A stretch of 64,000 nucleotides of DNA from an uncultured archaeon (GCA_964508365.1 CAZDTP010000006.1:32001-96000), one strand, 5' to 3'; numbered from the stretch's first letter, positions 1 through 11,445 are shown. Notes: generated by a model not told the origin, from the sequence alone. Numbers and translations: made by a program.

Positions 1-346
1 CCCCACTACTTTAGTAAAAACCACTCCAAAAGTAACCCCTCCTCAACCTCCTAAAGAACCTAATGTGAAGACTCTACCTGATATCGTGCAAAATCAGACT
101 ATAGTGGATATGCCCGCAATAACGGTAACTACAGATGCAGGGCAAAAAGCAGATTTAGAAAAATCTTTAATGGATCTAAAAATAAAGAAAGCAAGCACTA
201 CCAGAATGTCGTTGGATTTTGACATGAAGGAACTTACAGGGGAAATCACTGGAGAAGAACTTGAGAAAAAGAAGAATAAGTTATCTATAATTGAAAAAAA
301 TATTAATGAACAAATCAAAGAAATAGAAAAATTACTGGGAAGATAA
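1..346 (+). CDS. 5'-truncated hypothetical protein, Pro/Thr-rich linker plus C-terminal coiled coil
   Basis: The frame is open from position 2 (PTTLVKTTPKVTPPQPPKEPN) into the 65..346 ORF, so the true start lies before the window. Charged heptad C-terminus. Confidence 0.7.
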   Translation, partial: PTTLVKTTPKVTPPQPPKEPNVKTLPDIVQNQTIVDMPAITVTTDAGQKADLEKSLMDLKIKKASTTRMSLDFDMKELTGEITGEELEKKKNKLSIIEKNINEQIKEIEKLLGR

Positions 347-516
347 TCTTATCTGAAATCTCTTAGTTTTATAACTTATTTTAAAGATTTTTAGAATTCT
401 AAGAAAAATCCTTAAGATTAAGAACCATTATTTCATCATAATAATAAGACTTTTTTTCTTTTTATACTTAAAAGAGGTAATATTCTTCAAATATTTATAT
501 TGCATCAGCGTATATT

Positions 517-1959
517 ATGACTCCAATTGTTATTATGAAATTTGGTGGAAGCTGTTTAATTGATAAGAAAGCTTTCAAAAAAATTCTCGAAATATTAGAA
601 ATTTATAAGGATGATAAAAAAATAATTGTGGCTTCAGCACTTAATGGAATAACGGATTTGTTATTGAATACGGCGCAAAATGTTAATAATTCTAAAATTC
701 TTGATGATAATATTGCTATCTTGGAGAATAAGCATATTGATAGGATTGAACAAATATTTGAAGAAGATTCTGAGTATTACAATAAAGCAAAAGATTGGGT
801 TGACAAAAAACTTAGTGAATTGGAAGATGCGCTTGAGGATATTAAAGAATTCGGATTAGAACCATATTACAAAGATTATGTCTTAAGCTTCGGTGAGATT
901 TTGTCAACATTCATCTTAAATCAATATATTTTAAGTAAAGGGTTAGAATCAGTTTACATTCCTGCAAATAAGGTAATAATAACAAATGATGAGTTTAACA
1001 ATGCTTATCCTTTTTATGAATTTACTAATGAACGTGTCAAAAAATTAATAATCCCTTTATTAGAGAATACTAAAAAAGATATAATAATCTCTATTACTGG
1101 TTTCATAGGGAGAAATAAAATTGGATACACAACCACTTTAGGGAGAGGAGGTTCAGATTATACTGCAACTATTCTTGCACATTCCATATACGAAGTTGCG
1201 AACGATAAGAACATAAAAGTAATTTTATGGAAAGACGTAGATGGTTTGCTAGCTATTAATCCAAAGTACATCTCACAATCAACGCTTATAAAAAATTTAG
1301 ACTACAAAGAAGCAAAGCATATTGCAAATTTTGGGGCAAAAATACTTCATCCGAAATGTCTTGAAGCGATTGAAAATAAAAATATTCCCCTTGAACTGAG
1401 AAACTTCAACAAACCTCTTGAGAAAGTTGAATTTACTAAAATATCTGCAGAGACAGATAAAAATGAAATCAAAGGAATTTCCACTGTTGAGGACGCTGTA
1501 ATAATAACTGTATCTTCAGGGAGTTTAGTTGATGTACCAGGCGTTTTAGCAAAAATATTTAAAGTTATTAGCAAAAATAGAATAAGCGTCTCCTTAGTTG
1601 CTCAAAGTGCTTCGGAAATTAGTACCTCGTTTATCGTAAAAGAAGCAGATTCCATCAGAGCGGTAAAGGCGTTAGAGAGCTCTGGTTACTTTTCAGATTT
1701 TTTTGAAATTAAATCTGAAGAAGTCGCAATAATAAATGTTACTGGTTTTAAGATCTTAGAAAATTTGACAAAAGTAATGATATTTCAAGCTTTAGAAAAG
1801 AGAAAGATACATGTGAAAGCTCTAACTCAGAGTACTGAGGAATTGAACCTCTCCATAGTCATAAAGAGAGAACATATCGAAGACGCTATCAAAATTATTC
1901 ACGAGGATTTATGTGAGAATTCTGAAGAAGAAGAAAACAGCTTATGTAACCAAACATAG
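517..1959 (+). CDS. lysC: aspartate kinase with C-terminal ACT domains
   Basis: MKFGGS, VASAL, SFGE, GFIG, TTLGRGGSDYTA, WKDVDG, FGAKILHP motifs, followed by ACT-like repeats. Confidence 0.93.
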   Translation: MTPIVIMKFGGSCLIDKKAFKKILEILEIYKDDKKIIVASALNGITDLLLNTAQNVNNSKILDDNIAILENKHIDRIEQIFEEDSEYYNKAKDWVDKKLSELEDALEDIKEFGLEPYYKDYVLSFGEILSTFILNQYILSKGLESVYIPANKVIITNDEFNNAYPFYEFTNERVKKLIIPLLENTKKDIIISITGFIGRNKIGYTTTLGRGGSDYTATILAHSIYEVANDKNIKVILWKDVDGLLAINPKYISQSTLIKNLDYKEAKHIANFGAKILHPKCLEAIENKNIPLELRNFNKPLEKVEFTKISAETDKNEIKGISTVEDAVIITVSSGSLVDVPGVLAKIFKVISKNRISVSLVAQSASEISTSFIVKEADSIRAVKALESSGYFSDFFEIKSEEVAIINVTGFKILENLTKVMIFQALEKRKIHVKALTQSTEELNLSIVIKREHIEDAIKIIHEDLCENSEEEENSLCNQT

Positions 1960-2000
1960 TTAAATCTATATTTTAGATTTATAAAAAGAATTAGTTAAGA

Positions 2001-2528
2001 TTATTGAGTTCTTGACTCAACAATTCTACGTGTAAGTTCAGTAAAGGAGTCGTCAACATTAATACCTGATTTTGCTGAAGTTTCAATGTAAATACTGCCT
2101 TCCTTCTCAGCAAAAGCCCGAGCCTCGTCTCTATCTATTACTTCTCCGACATCTTCAAGTAAATCTGCTTTATTCCCAATTAATACAAATGGTATGTTTT
2201 CGTTGCTAAATTGTCGTATTTCTGTTAGCCATTTTCTTGTTTCGATGTAAGTTTGTTCTCTTGTTAAATCAAAAACTAATAAAGCGCCAGCAGCTCCCTT
2301 GTAGAAAGTTGATCGGATGAATTCGAACCTTTGTTGACCACCAATATCCCATATGCTTAAAGTTGCTACTTCGCCTGGTTTAAATTCTACATCTTTGGTG
2401 AGAATGTCTACTCCAACCGTTAATTTGTAGTTTGCCGCGAATCGGTTTTTAATAAACCTCTGAACCAAACTCGTCTTTCCGACAGCAGCAGCACCCGTGA
2501 GTAAAACTTTTAATTTAAAACTTGACAT
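2001..2528 (-). CDS. Rab-like small GTPase (eukaryotic signature protein)
   Basis: G1 GAAAVGKT, G2 Thr in YKLTVGVD, G3 WDIGGQ, G4 NKAD, G5 ETSAK. RabF-like VGVDI, RFEFIR, FYKGA, LVFDLT. No C-terminal Cys prenylation motif. Confidence 0.92.
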   Translation of the reverse strand: MSSFKLKVLLTGAAAVGKTSLVQRFIKNRFAANYKLTVGVDILTKDVEFKPGEVATLSIWDIGGQQRFEFIRSTFYKGAAGALLVFDLTREQTYIETRKWLTEIRQFSNENIPFVLIGNKADLLEDVGEVIDRDEARAFAEKEGSIYIETSAKSGINVDDSFTELTRRIVESRTQ

Positions 2529-2825
2529 AAAAGACCTCTACCTTGAATATTATAATTAAATTATTACAAAATTTATTTGAATATAATTTATTATCTTTAT
2601 TATTAAATTCTATTTATTTAATTCTTTTTATAATATTAATACTATTTCGGATAAAAATTTAATATATTTATCTCTTAAATACTTTTATACTCTTTTTATA
2701 GAATAAGTGTGAATTATTAAATGTTTCTGGTCTTTAAGACTAATCCTACAATGCTTAACATTTTCCGAGTTATAATATGGAATAGTATTAGTTCTAAAAG
2801 AGCTAAATACTAATTTTAAAGTGAT

Positions 2826-4820
2826 TTATCTTTTTGGGATATGCGCATATTCTTTCAGACTGGGAAATAAATTTAAGTTTAAATGAGGAAAGTACATAGC
2901 TGAAGCAAATTCTTTTTGGAAATCTTTTTCAATTGCTATTTCGACATACTTTATTTTTTCCTGTAATTTTCGCGCTTTTTTTCTTAAATCTACATTTAAT
3001 AAACAATTTTGCGCTCCGATCCCTGCTGCGTTACCAATTTGAAAAAGTTTTTCGTCAGGAATATCAGGAATCATCCCTATAAATTTCGCGTTACTTTTAT
3101 TGATGTAATTTCCAAATGCTCCTGCTAAAAGAATCTGTTTAATTTCTAGTTCTGAGTTGTTTACACGATTTAAATGGTTTAAAATCAAACGTGCTCCAGA
3201 GAAGAACGCCCCTTTTGCCATTTGTAATTCTCTAACATCACTTTGTGAAATCGTAATGTGTCTCTTAATTGGGGTATCGTCTTTATTTACTAATATAAAT
3301 TTAAAGTTTTTCTCTTCTTTTACTATACGCTCGTGGTCTATGAATTCTTTATTAAAGTTACCACTTTTTGTAAGCAGTTTCGCTCGTAACATTTCGGCTA
3401 CTGCATCAATAATACCAGAACCACAAATACCTATGGGTTTTCTGTTATTAATTGTGGTATATTCAACACCAAAATCAATCGGGTCAATTTTTAGAGTGTC
3501 AATAGCCCCTGCTGCGGCTCGCATGCCGTGGTTAATATGAGCACCTTCTAAGGCAGATCCCGCTGCACAAGATCCCGTATAAAGTACATCCTTATTACCT
3601 ATCACCAATTCACCATTAGTCCCAACATCAATTGCTAATGTTAATTCTGGTTCTTCATCAATCTCTGATGAAATAATTACTCCCATTGTGTCAGCTCCAA
3701 CGAAACCCGCAATCAATGGTAATAAATAAACATATCCGCTTCTAGAAATCTCAAGATTAACATCTTTGGCCTTTATGTTTAAATCACTCTTCAGCGCGGG
3801 CACATAAGGACTTAAGCCGATATATGTAGGATTTATATTGAGGAATAGATGATGCATAACCGAATTTCCAACGATTGTTGCCTCATATATTTGACTAGGT
3901 GAAACATTAGCATTAGTACATGTTTCTTCTATTATTGAGTTTAAAGATTCTATCAGAACAGAATTTAGTTTTACAAGTCCCGCGGGATTATCTTTTGTGT
4001 ATGTTATACGCGAAACAACATCTTCCCCATAGGCTGTCTGTGGATTAAGAGCTGATGCAATTGAATATACTTTTCCATTGAGCAAATTGATTAAATAACC
4101 AACAAGAGTAGTAGTTCCAATGTCAAATGCGATTCCGAAACAATCTTCGGTTTTATTACCTGCTTCGCAGTCTATAAATTTCTTATTATTGTATAATGTT
4201 AATGAAATACGGTGCTGCTCTTCTCTTAAGACTAGGGGAATTTTTCTTATGGTATCGATTTCAAACGAAACATCACTATGAATTCCTTTATTATCCTTAC
4301 TTGACGAAAGAGAAGATAAAATTCTTTCAATATCAGGAACAGGGTTTTCTAAATTTGGTTTATTAATTTCAACAAAAATTTTCCTTACATTCGGATTAAG
4401 GTTTATTTTTTTAGATTTTCCTGATGTCAATATCTTAAAATCTTCGACTAGTAGATCTTTGGGCAGAAATATTCTAAACTGGGGTGGTTGATGTGTTTCA
4501 ACTGACTGAATTTGGGATTTTTTTACTCTACATTGACAAGCCAACCGCCAGTTTTCTTTAATCTCCGACTGCGTAAGAAATTTCATTTCAGAGTTTGTTG
4601 GCGGATTTAAAAAATGCATTCCTTCTTGAACCACTATTTTACACTTTCCGCATGTTCCGTTACCACCACAAAGGGACTGCACACGGATATTTGAATTGAT
4701 TAGTAATTCGTAAAAGGTTTCATTCTTGGTGTAGAAGAGCCTTCTCGAGATCGGTTCAATATCGACTATAATCTGAAAATTATTACTTTTCACGAAAGCT
4801 CCTCTTGTTAACTTTTTCAA
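2826..4820 (-). CDS. ASKHA-family reductive activator of corrinoid proteins (RACo/RamA-like) with N-terminal [2Fe-2S] domain
   Basis: CGGNGTCGKC...RLACQ ferredoxin, AFDIGTTT, NPQxxYGEDVVSRI, IDVGTNGE, CAAGSALEG, GICGSG, LAGAFGNY, GNAAGIGA. The start may be GTG at 4793. Confidence 0.9.
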   Translation of the reverse strand: MKKLTRGAFVKSNNFQIIVDIEPISRRLFYTKNETFYELLINSNIRVQSLCGGNGTCGKCKIVVQEGMHFLNPPTNSEMKFLTQSEIKENWRLACQCRVKKSQIQSVETHQPPQFRIFLPKDLLVEDFKILTSGKSKKINLNPNVRKIFVEINKPNLENPVPDIERILSSLSSSKDNKGIHSDVSFEIDTIRKIPLVLREEQHRISLTLYNNKKFIDCEAGNKTEDCFGIAFDIGTTTLVGYLINLLNGKVYSIASALNPQTAYGEDVVSRITYTKDNPAGLVKLNSVLIESLNSIIEETCTNANVSPSQIYEATIVGNSVMHHLFLNINPTYIGLSPYVPALKSDLNIKAKDVNLEISRSGYVYLLPLIAGFVGADTMGVIISSEIDEEPELTLAIDVGTNGELVIGNKDVLYTGSCAAGSALEGAHINHGMRAAAGAIDTLKIDPIDFGVEYTTINNRKPIGICGSGIIDAVAEMLRAKLLTKSGNFNKEFIDHERIVKEEKNFKFILVNKDDTPIKRHITISQSDVRELQMAKGAFFSGARLILNHLNRVNNSELEIKQILLAGAFGNYINKSNAKFIGMIPDIPDEKLFQIGNAAGIGAQNCLLNVDLRKKARKLQEKIKYVEIAIEKDFQKEFASAMYFPHLNLNLFPSLKEYAHIPKR

Positions 4821-4974
4821 AATGAGTTTAAAGGTTAATTTTAATAATAAAATTAAACATTTAAATATAAAAAGTTTAATTAATAAATCGGTTTACATTA
4901 TTGTAGGAACTAACAATAAATTCACGCTTCACTTATACTTTATATGAAATATTAAAAGAGGTTTTTAGATAAAG

Positions 4975-7900
4975 ATGGAGGGAAATGAAGAACTTGCTCA
5001 GGAAGCTTTAAGGTATCTCAATTTAGCTCAAAAATTTGAGAATGAAAAAAATTTTGAAAAAGCTGTGGAGAGTTATGATTTAGCAGCAACTTATCTTAAA
5101 AATAGTGGTTTTTTGATGGATAAAATAAGTGATATCTATTTTAGGATCGAAGAATTAAAAGATTTTACAAAACAAGAGATAACATATAATCAAGCAAGAG
5201 CAAAAAATCAACTTGAGCAATTACAAGAACAAGCTTTTTCTTTGTTGGATGGAGCTCAAAAATTAGAGATAGATGGATTTTTGGAAGACGCAATTGAACA
5301 ATATGAGGCAGCAATCAAATTATTAATTCAAACAGGTTGGTCTGAAGCTCAATTAAGCAATTTACAAAGCAAACTAATTACATTATCAGAAAATTTAAGA
5401 CACCATAAAGTAGTGACCAAAACCAAAATTGGGGAAGTTCAAGAACAAGATAATAGTCAGAAAGAAATTAAACCACAGGTTGTTAGCGCTTTTGGAGAAA
5501 AGAAAAGCACAGTAAAAGCTGAAGAATTAAAGAAGTTTAAAGAGATGAAACAGCAAGAGCAAGAAATACAAAACGACGCGTTTAAGTTTATTGATAATGC
5601 AAAATTTTTTGAAAACGATAAGAATTTCGATAAAGCAATCGAGAATTACGAAAACGCTGTAAAATTATTGAATTCTATAGGGTGGCACGACCAAACAAAG
5701 AATATCAACCTAGTTATTGAAAAATTAAAAAATGATAAAAAAGAGTTTGAACAATTTAGAACTCAGAAACAAATAGAACCTAAATTTAATAAAGAACAGA
5801 CTGATGAGTATGAAGGAATAAGGACACATATCTATAGAGATGAAGAGAAAATACAAATTGAAGCATTTAATTTAGTGGATTTTGGTAAAAAATTGGAAAG
5901 AGAGAAGAAATACGATCAAGCGGTTAATAAATTTCAGAAAGCAATTGAATTGTTTAAATCCATTGAATGGGATTCTTATATTCAACCAGTTATCAACTTT
6001 ATCAAAAATATCGAAAATAAACAGTCGCGGGAAGAAGAAGAAGTTATTTTAAGACAAAAAAGGGAGGACCAGCTAAAAAACCTACAAGATACGATATATT
6101 TTAAGGAAAAAGATGAAATTATTGAAACCGCAAAAGAACTGGATAAAAGAAGATTCGAATACGAACAAAAAAGAAAAGAAAATTTGAGGAAAGAAGAGAA
6201 CTTGTTTATAATTTTAGATGACGCGGATAGAATACTAAAAGAAGAATCTGATTATAACAAAGCAATTAATAGGTACACAGAAGCATTAGAATATCTAAAG
6301 GGATTAGGGCCAGATTGGGAATCGAATGCTTCTACAATTGAAGAGACTATTTTAAGTATTAAAAACTTAGAAGAATACAAAGTTGAAAAAGATTTAGAGC
6401 ACCAAACTAAATTAGAACTACGCAGAAAAAGTGATTTAGAATTTCAACAGCTCACCTCAATAGAGTTAGCAAAGGAAAGAGCAAAAATAAGGCAGAGAGA
6501 AAGCACTTTACAAGAAAAAATAGAAGAATCGGAACAACGCGAAAAGCGTAAAGCTGACGCGTATAAAGCTTTAGATAAAGCTGATTATTATATAAAAAAA
6601 TCGGAGTTAGATAAAGCAATTGCTGCTTATCAAAATGCGGGAAATATCTTCGCAAGTATACAATGGAACGACGAATTACATTTAATTGAAAATTCGATAA
6701 GAGAATTAGAAAATAGGAAAAGAGAACAATTATTAACAAAACAAAAAGAAATGATGAAATCTATTGAGAAATTTAAGGTTGAACAGCAGTTTCAGGAACA
6801 GATATCAAAACAACTCCGATTAGAAAGAGAGCAATTAAAAGAGAAAAAAATCTTATTAAGAGATCATAATGCAGAATTAATGCATCGAGAGAAGCGAAAA
6901 GATGAAGCCTTTAGGATATTGGAAAATGCTCATGTCTATCTTGAAAAAGGCAATTTTGATAAAGCAATTGAATTCTATCAGCAGGTAACTGGTATTTTTG
7001 CTGAAATTCAATGGTATGATGAAATGGAGAGGATAGGGAACGCTATAATCGAAATCGAAAATAAAAAACGTGATGTTAATCTCAAAAAACAAAGAGATAT
7101 GGAAATTCTTATCAAGAAAGAAAGAGAGGATAGAGAATTTCAAGAAAAAGTAATCAATGAGATGAACGCAAAGAGAAAAAAACTAGAAGAAAGAGAGATA
7201 GTTAAGAAAGAACGCGAAAATGAACTTAATTTTAGAGAAATGCAAAAGGAAAACGCGTTTAAAATCTTGGATGAAGCGCAAAACTATCTTTCTTTAGGAG
7301 AATTCGAGTTAGCAATTGAAAGCTATAGAAATGTAAATCAAATTTTTGCTCAAATTCAATGGATCGACGAAATTACATTTATTAACCAAACAATTAACAA
7401 AATCGAAAATGAAAAGAAGGAACAAGAAATAAGGAAACAAAGGGAGTTCGAGCAGTTAATCAAAGAAGATGCCGAACACAATCAATTTCTAAACAATTTA
7501 AAAATTCAAAGAGAAAGAGAAAAAAGATTAATCCAAAAAGAAAGGGATATTTTAGAAACAAAAAAGGAATTGAGTTCCCAGAACGCTTTAAAACAACAAG
7601 AAGCGTTCAAAATCATTGAGGAAGCTGATGAATTTTTAGCGAAAGAGAACTATGATGAAGCCATTGACTCATATCAAAATGCGCTTAAATCCCTCAAAGA
7701 CATAGGGTGGACGGGAAAATACATTTCATTGTTAGAAGAGTCAGTTCGAAATCTGCAATTTAAAAAGAACGAAAGAGAGCGCCAAAAATTACTCGAAAAA
7801 GAAAAACTACGAAAACAAGTAGAAGAAGAAAGAGAATTTGAGAGAATAGTGACAGAAAGTTTTCAAAAAGAAAGAGAAAAGATGCTATCTAAGAAGATCG

Positions 7901-9900
7901 AGCTTTTTAAAAAAGAAGATATGAAGAAATTAATGGAGACAAAGAAGATGGAAGCCTTTTCCATAATGGATAAGGCAGACCAACTATTAACAGAAGGGAA
8001 GTATGAAGAATCTATAGAAAATTATTATAAAGCAGAGTTAATCTTAATTCAGATTCAGTTTCCTATTGAAATAATAAAAGATACCATCATAAAAATTCAA
8101 GAAAAAAAACGGGAAGCCGACATATTAAAGCAACAAGAGTTAGAAAATGAAATTAGAAAACAAGAAAAAGAGAAACACTTTCTTCAGACTATTGCTGATA
8201 ACATGAAATACGAAGAAAAACAAATGAGAGTTAAACAAATTAAAATTAAAAAACAAGAAGACCTTAAATTACATTTGGAAAAACGCAAAGAAGCTGCTTT
8301 CGAATTGCTTGACGAAGCTGAATTATATATAAAGCGTGCAGATTACGATAAAGCATTAGAGTACTATCGAAGCGCGGAGTTAGTGCTAAATGAAATTAAC
8401 TACCCTACGAATTCGATTAAAGAGTCAATCGTTCAACTTAAAAAGAAGAAGAGAGTCCACGAATTCCAAAAACAAAAAGCACTTGAAAAAAAGCTTCAAA
8501 AAGAACGTGAGGAAATTGATTTTCAAAAGAGAGTCTCGCAAAATATCAGTAAAGAAAGAGAACGCTTAAAACTAAAAAAGATTGAAGATAAAAAATTAAT
8601 TTTAACACAAGCAATTATAGAAAGAAAAAAAGATGACGCTTTTAATATTTTAGATGAAGCTGAGCTACACATTAACAATTCTAACTTCGAATTAGCAATT
8701 ATGAGTTATAGGAAAGCTATGTTAATTCTTAATGAGATAAATTTTCCAACAGATTCCATTAGCGCTATGATCGTAAAGGCGGAAACGCTTAAAAAACAAA
8801 GAGAACAAGAAGAGGAGCTAAAGTTAAAAAGAGAATTAGAACGGCTGAAAGAGGAGAGGAATTTGGAAAATATCTTAAAGGAAAGAAGACGTCAAGAAAG
8901 AGAAAAGAAGAAAGCTCAGCAGATTGCAGCTAAACAAAGAGAAAGAATTATTCAAGACCAATTGACGTTTAGAGAAGCAGCATATTCTCTCTTAGAAGAT
9001 GGTGGAAAATATATTAAAATGAGCACTCCTGATTTCGATAAAGCAATATCTTTGTATATTCAAGCAAGAGATTTATTAGCTGAAAAAATAGGGTGGGAAC
9101 CCGAAATTACTAATTTAAACACTTTAATCAAGGATTTAATCCATGAAAAAGAACATTATTTAGAAAAGAAAAAAGCAGAAGAAGAAACTAACATTAAAAG
9201 ACAACAAGAATATGAACTTTTTCGCGAAGAGATGGAGAAACAACAAATGGAAACTGAACTTAGAAAAAGAGAACAACAAAAGAAATTTAAGAAGTTATAC
9301 GAAACTCAGAAACAAACTGAAAAAATAAGAGAAGAAGGATTAAAGCTTATAGATGAAGGGAAAGAATTAGCTACTAAATATGATTTTACGGCTGCATACA
9401 TGAAATTTAATACAGCGATTACTAAGTTTAAGGAAATTGGTTGGAGCGAACAAGCGAAATTTATTAAGAAAGAGATTGAGAATACGAGAGAATTTGAGCA
9501 AAATGTAATTGAAAGTGATCGGAAAATAAAAAGAATTCACCAAGAACTAGAAAACCAAAAGATAAAAGAAGATCGTAAAAAGAAACAAGAAGAACAAGAA
9601 ATTAAAAGCAAGATAAAAGAAGTGAGTGTTTTAGCAGGAGAAGTTTCAAACCTAATCAAAATTAAAAAAGAAAAAGAAGAGTTGCTGTCTCATCAAAGAA
9701 GAGAAATAGTTGTATCTAAATCTAAGGAATTCCGTAAGGACATGCAAAACTTATTAAATTTGAAGCAAGATTTAACACGGGAATTGTCTGAATCAAAAGC
9801 AGCATTAGAGAATAAGAAAAAAGAAGCTGAACTAGCAAAGGATAAAGAAAAGGCAGACGAAATAAAGAAAATGTTGAAGGATATATCAAAAAACAAATAA
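4975..9900 (+). CDS. giant repeat protein: about 14 MIT/TPR-like helical units separated by E/K/R-rich rods
   Basis: 1641-aa ORF with a recurrent AFxILDxA...YDKAIxxYxxA...IxW motif spaced 114-117 aa apart in the central part. Confidence 0.85.
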   Translation: MEGNEELAQEALRYLNLAQKFENEKNFEKAVESYDLAATYLKNSGFLMDKISDIYFRIEELKDFTKQEITYNQARAKNQLEQLQEQAFSLLDGAQKLEIDGFLEDAIEQYEAAIKLLIQTGWSEAQLSNLQSKLITLSENLRHHKVVTKTKIGEVQEQDNSQKEIKPQVVSAFGEKKSTVKAEELKKFKEMKQQEQEIQNDAFKFIDNAKFFENDKNFDKAIENYENAVKLLNSIGWHDQTKNINLVIEKLKNDKKEFEQFRTQKQIEPKFNKEQTDEYEGIRTHIYRDEEKIQIEAFNLVDFGKKLEREKKYDQAVNKFQKAIELFKSIEWDSYIQPVINFIKNIENKQSREEEEVILRQKREDQLKNLQDTIYFKEKDEIIETAKELDKRRFEYEQKRKENLRKEENLFIILDDADRILKEESDYNKAINRYTEALEYLKGLGPDWESNASTIEETILSIKNLEEYKVEKDLEHQTKLELRRKSDLEFQQLTSIELAKERAKIRQRESTLQEKIEESEQREKRKADAYKALDKADYYIKKSELDKAIAAYQNAGNIFASIQWNDELHLIENSIRELENRKREQLLTKQKEMMKSIEKFKVEQQFQEQISKQLRLEREQLKEKKILLRDHNAELMHREKRKDEAFRILENAHVYLEKGNFDKAIEFYQQVTGIFAEIQWYDEMERIGNAIIEIENKKRDVNLKKQRDMEILIKKEREDREFQEKVINEMNAKRKKLEEREIVKKERENELNFREMQKENAFKILDEAQNYLSLGEFELAIESYRNVNQIFAQIQWIDEITFINQTINKIENEKKEQEIRKQREFEQLIKEDAEHNQFLNNLKIQREREKRLIQKERDILETKKELSSQNALKQQEAFKIIEEADEFLAKENYDEAIDSYQNALKSLKDIGWTGKYISLLEESVRNLQFKKNERERQKLLEKEKLRKQVEEEREFERIVTESFQKEREKMLSKKIELFKKEDMKKLMETKKMEAFSIMDKADQLLTEGKYEESIENYYKAELILIQIQFPIEIIKDTIIKIQEKKREADILKQQELENEIRKQEKEKHFLQTIADNMKYEEKQMRVKQIKIKKQEDLKLHLEKRKEAAFELLDEAELYIKRADYDKALEYYRSAELVLNEINYPTNSIKESIVQLKKKKRVHEFQKQKALEKKLQKEREEIDFQKRVSQNISKERERLKLKKIEDKKLILTQAIIERKKDDAFNILDEAELHINNSNFELAIMSYRKAMLILNEINFPTDSISAMIVKAETLKKQREQEEELKLKRELERLKEERNLENILKERRRQEREKKKAQQIAAKQRERIIQDQLTFREAAYSLLEDGGKYIKMSTPDFDKAISLYIQARDLLAEKIGWEPEITNLNTLIKDLIHEKEHYLEKKKAEEETNIKRQQEYELFREEMEKQQMETELRKREQQKKFKKLYETQKQTEKIREEGLKLIDEGKELATKYDFTAAYMKFNTAITKFKEIGWSEQAKFIKKEIENTREFEQNVIESDRKIKRIHQELENQKIKEDRKKKQEEQEIKSKIKEVSVLAGEVSNLIKIKKEKEELLSHQRREIVVSKSKEFRKDMQNLLNLKQDLTRELSESKAALENKKKEAELAKDKEKADEIKKMLKDISKNK

Positions 9901-9912
9901 TCTCGTATTTTC

Positions 9913-11445
9913 CTAACCTATATCTCTATTATATACCCTCTTATATAATATGCTTGCGTAAATTAATCCTATAATATTAATTCCTAACAAAACCATAAAG
10001 GTGATATTACCATATTCAAAAACCAGTCTTACTAAAAAATTTCCTGATTCTTTGCTATGTAATTTTACTAATAAAAAATAATCTTGAAAAACGCTTGTAA
10101 AAACACCCAATCTTTTTAATCGACGATCTGGAATTATTTGGTTAATAGTATTAGAAATCATCGCAGGTATCCCGAACTCGTTAGGTTCACTGTGAAACAC
10201 ATACATTTCAGCTTTCGCTAGACCGAGCTGCACTAGTTCGAAATAATAGTGGTTAGGAGCCAGCCTAATTGGTAGACAATAAACGCTATAATTTTCATTA
10301 AGTAAAAATCCAATTTCAGTACTATCATTAATTAGAACAGGTGGTTCTAAGGCGTCTAAAGCAGCGTAACCTTGAACTACACCCCATCCTTGAACATTGT
10401 CCTGAAAAACTTTTGCATTTATAGTTTTAAGAGAAGTTAATGATATTATGCTTTTTATTTGCGATGGAGTGAGTGATTCATCCTTTTCAAGCATTAGAGC
10501 AGCTAACCCCGCGACGAATGGTGTAGCTCCCGAAGTTCCTGATCTAAAACTGTACTGGTTTAAAAGATCTATATCCGCACCATAAATCGCAACTGCAGGG
10601 GCACATACATCTGGTTTTTTAGTCATCTCAATAGTAGGGCCTTTAGCACTATACGGATACATGTTACCATCATAATCTACACCACCAACTGCAAGTGTTG
10701 CTTTATCAGAAGCGGGAGCGTTAATAGTTCTATCTCCATAAGCGGAATTGGGATTGCCATCATTACCTGCTGCTGCAATTACTAAAATTCCTATATCTGC
10801 AAGTCTTCGAGTAAGTTTCTGAATGTATAATATGGAAAAAATATTATCTGCTTCAGGTTTTGCTCCAAAGCTCATACTTACTATTCTAATATTAAATGTA
10901 TCCTTGTTTAGAAGAATCCAATTGATCGCATTCTCAAATATAGTTGCATTTGTTTCTCCACTACTATCAAAAATCCTCAATATGACAAATTTTATACCAG
11001 GTGCGACACCCCGATATTGACTTGAATTACCACCCAGAATAGATGCCGCCCATGTACCATGACCATAATCATCTTGTGGATAGTCAGAATTGTTATTAAT
11101 GAAATCAACGTACATAATAATCCTATCGGTCCAATTCAACTTCCCATCGTTAGTAAAAACGCTATGGTTGCAAAAAATACCAGTATCTACCATAGCAATA
11201 GTTACATTATTTCCGGTTAATCCATATTTATTATCAATGTCTCGTAGTCCAATATGATCGCTAGCATTGAATGTAGAGCTAAGTTCTAATTCATTAGGCA
11301 ATATCTGACGTGAGTTATCTACATTCCAACTAGTTAAGTGTAAATCGACTGGATGAGGAATATTATATCCGAAAATACCAATAATTAAAAATTGGGAAAT
11401 GGGAAAAGCTATAAAGATGATACAAATTAAACAAGGCTTTCTCAA
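9913..11445 (-). CDS. membrane-anchored S8 subtilisin-family serine protease
   Basis: Catalytic triad motifs VDTG, DDYGHGT and SGTSGATP; oxyanion AAGNDG; hydrophobic N-terminal and C-terminal segments. Confidence 0.9.
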   Translation of the reverse strand: MRKPCLICIIFIAFPISQFLIIGIFGYNIPHPVDLHLTSWNVDNSRQILPNELELSSTFNASDHIGLRDIDNKYGLTGNNVTIAMVDTGIFCNHSVFTNDGKLNWTDRIIMYVDFINNNSDYPQDDYGHGTWAASILGGNSSQYRGVAPGIKFVILRIFDSSGETNATIFENAINWILLNKDTFNIRIVSMSFGAKPEADNIFSILYIQKLTRRLADIGILVIAAAGNDGNPNSAYGDRTINAPASDKATLAVGGVDYDGNMYPYSAKGPTIEMTKKPDVCAPAVAIYGADIDLLNQYSFRSGTSGATPFVAGLAALMLEKDESLTPSQIKSIISLTSLKTINAKVFQDNVQGWGVVQGYAALDALEPPVLINDSTEIGFLLNENYSVYCLPIRLAPNHYYFELVQLGLAKAEMYVFHSEPNEFGIPAMISNTINQIIPDRRLKRLGVFTSVFQDYFLLVKLHSKESGNFLVRLVFEYGNITFMVLLGINIIGLIYASILYKRVYNRDIG

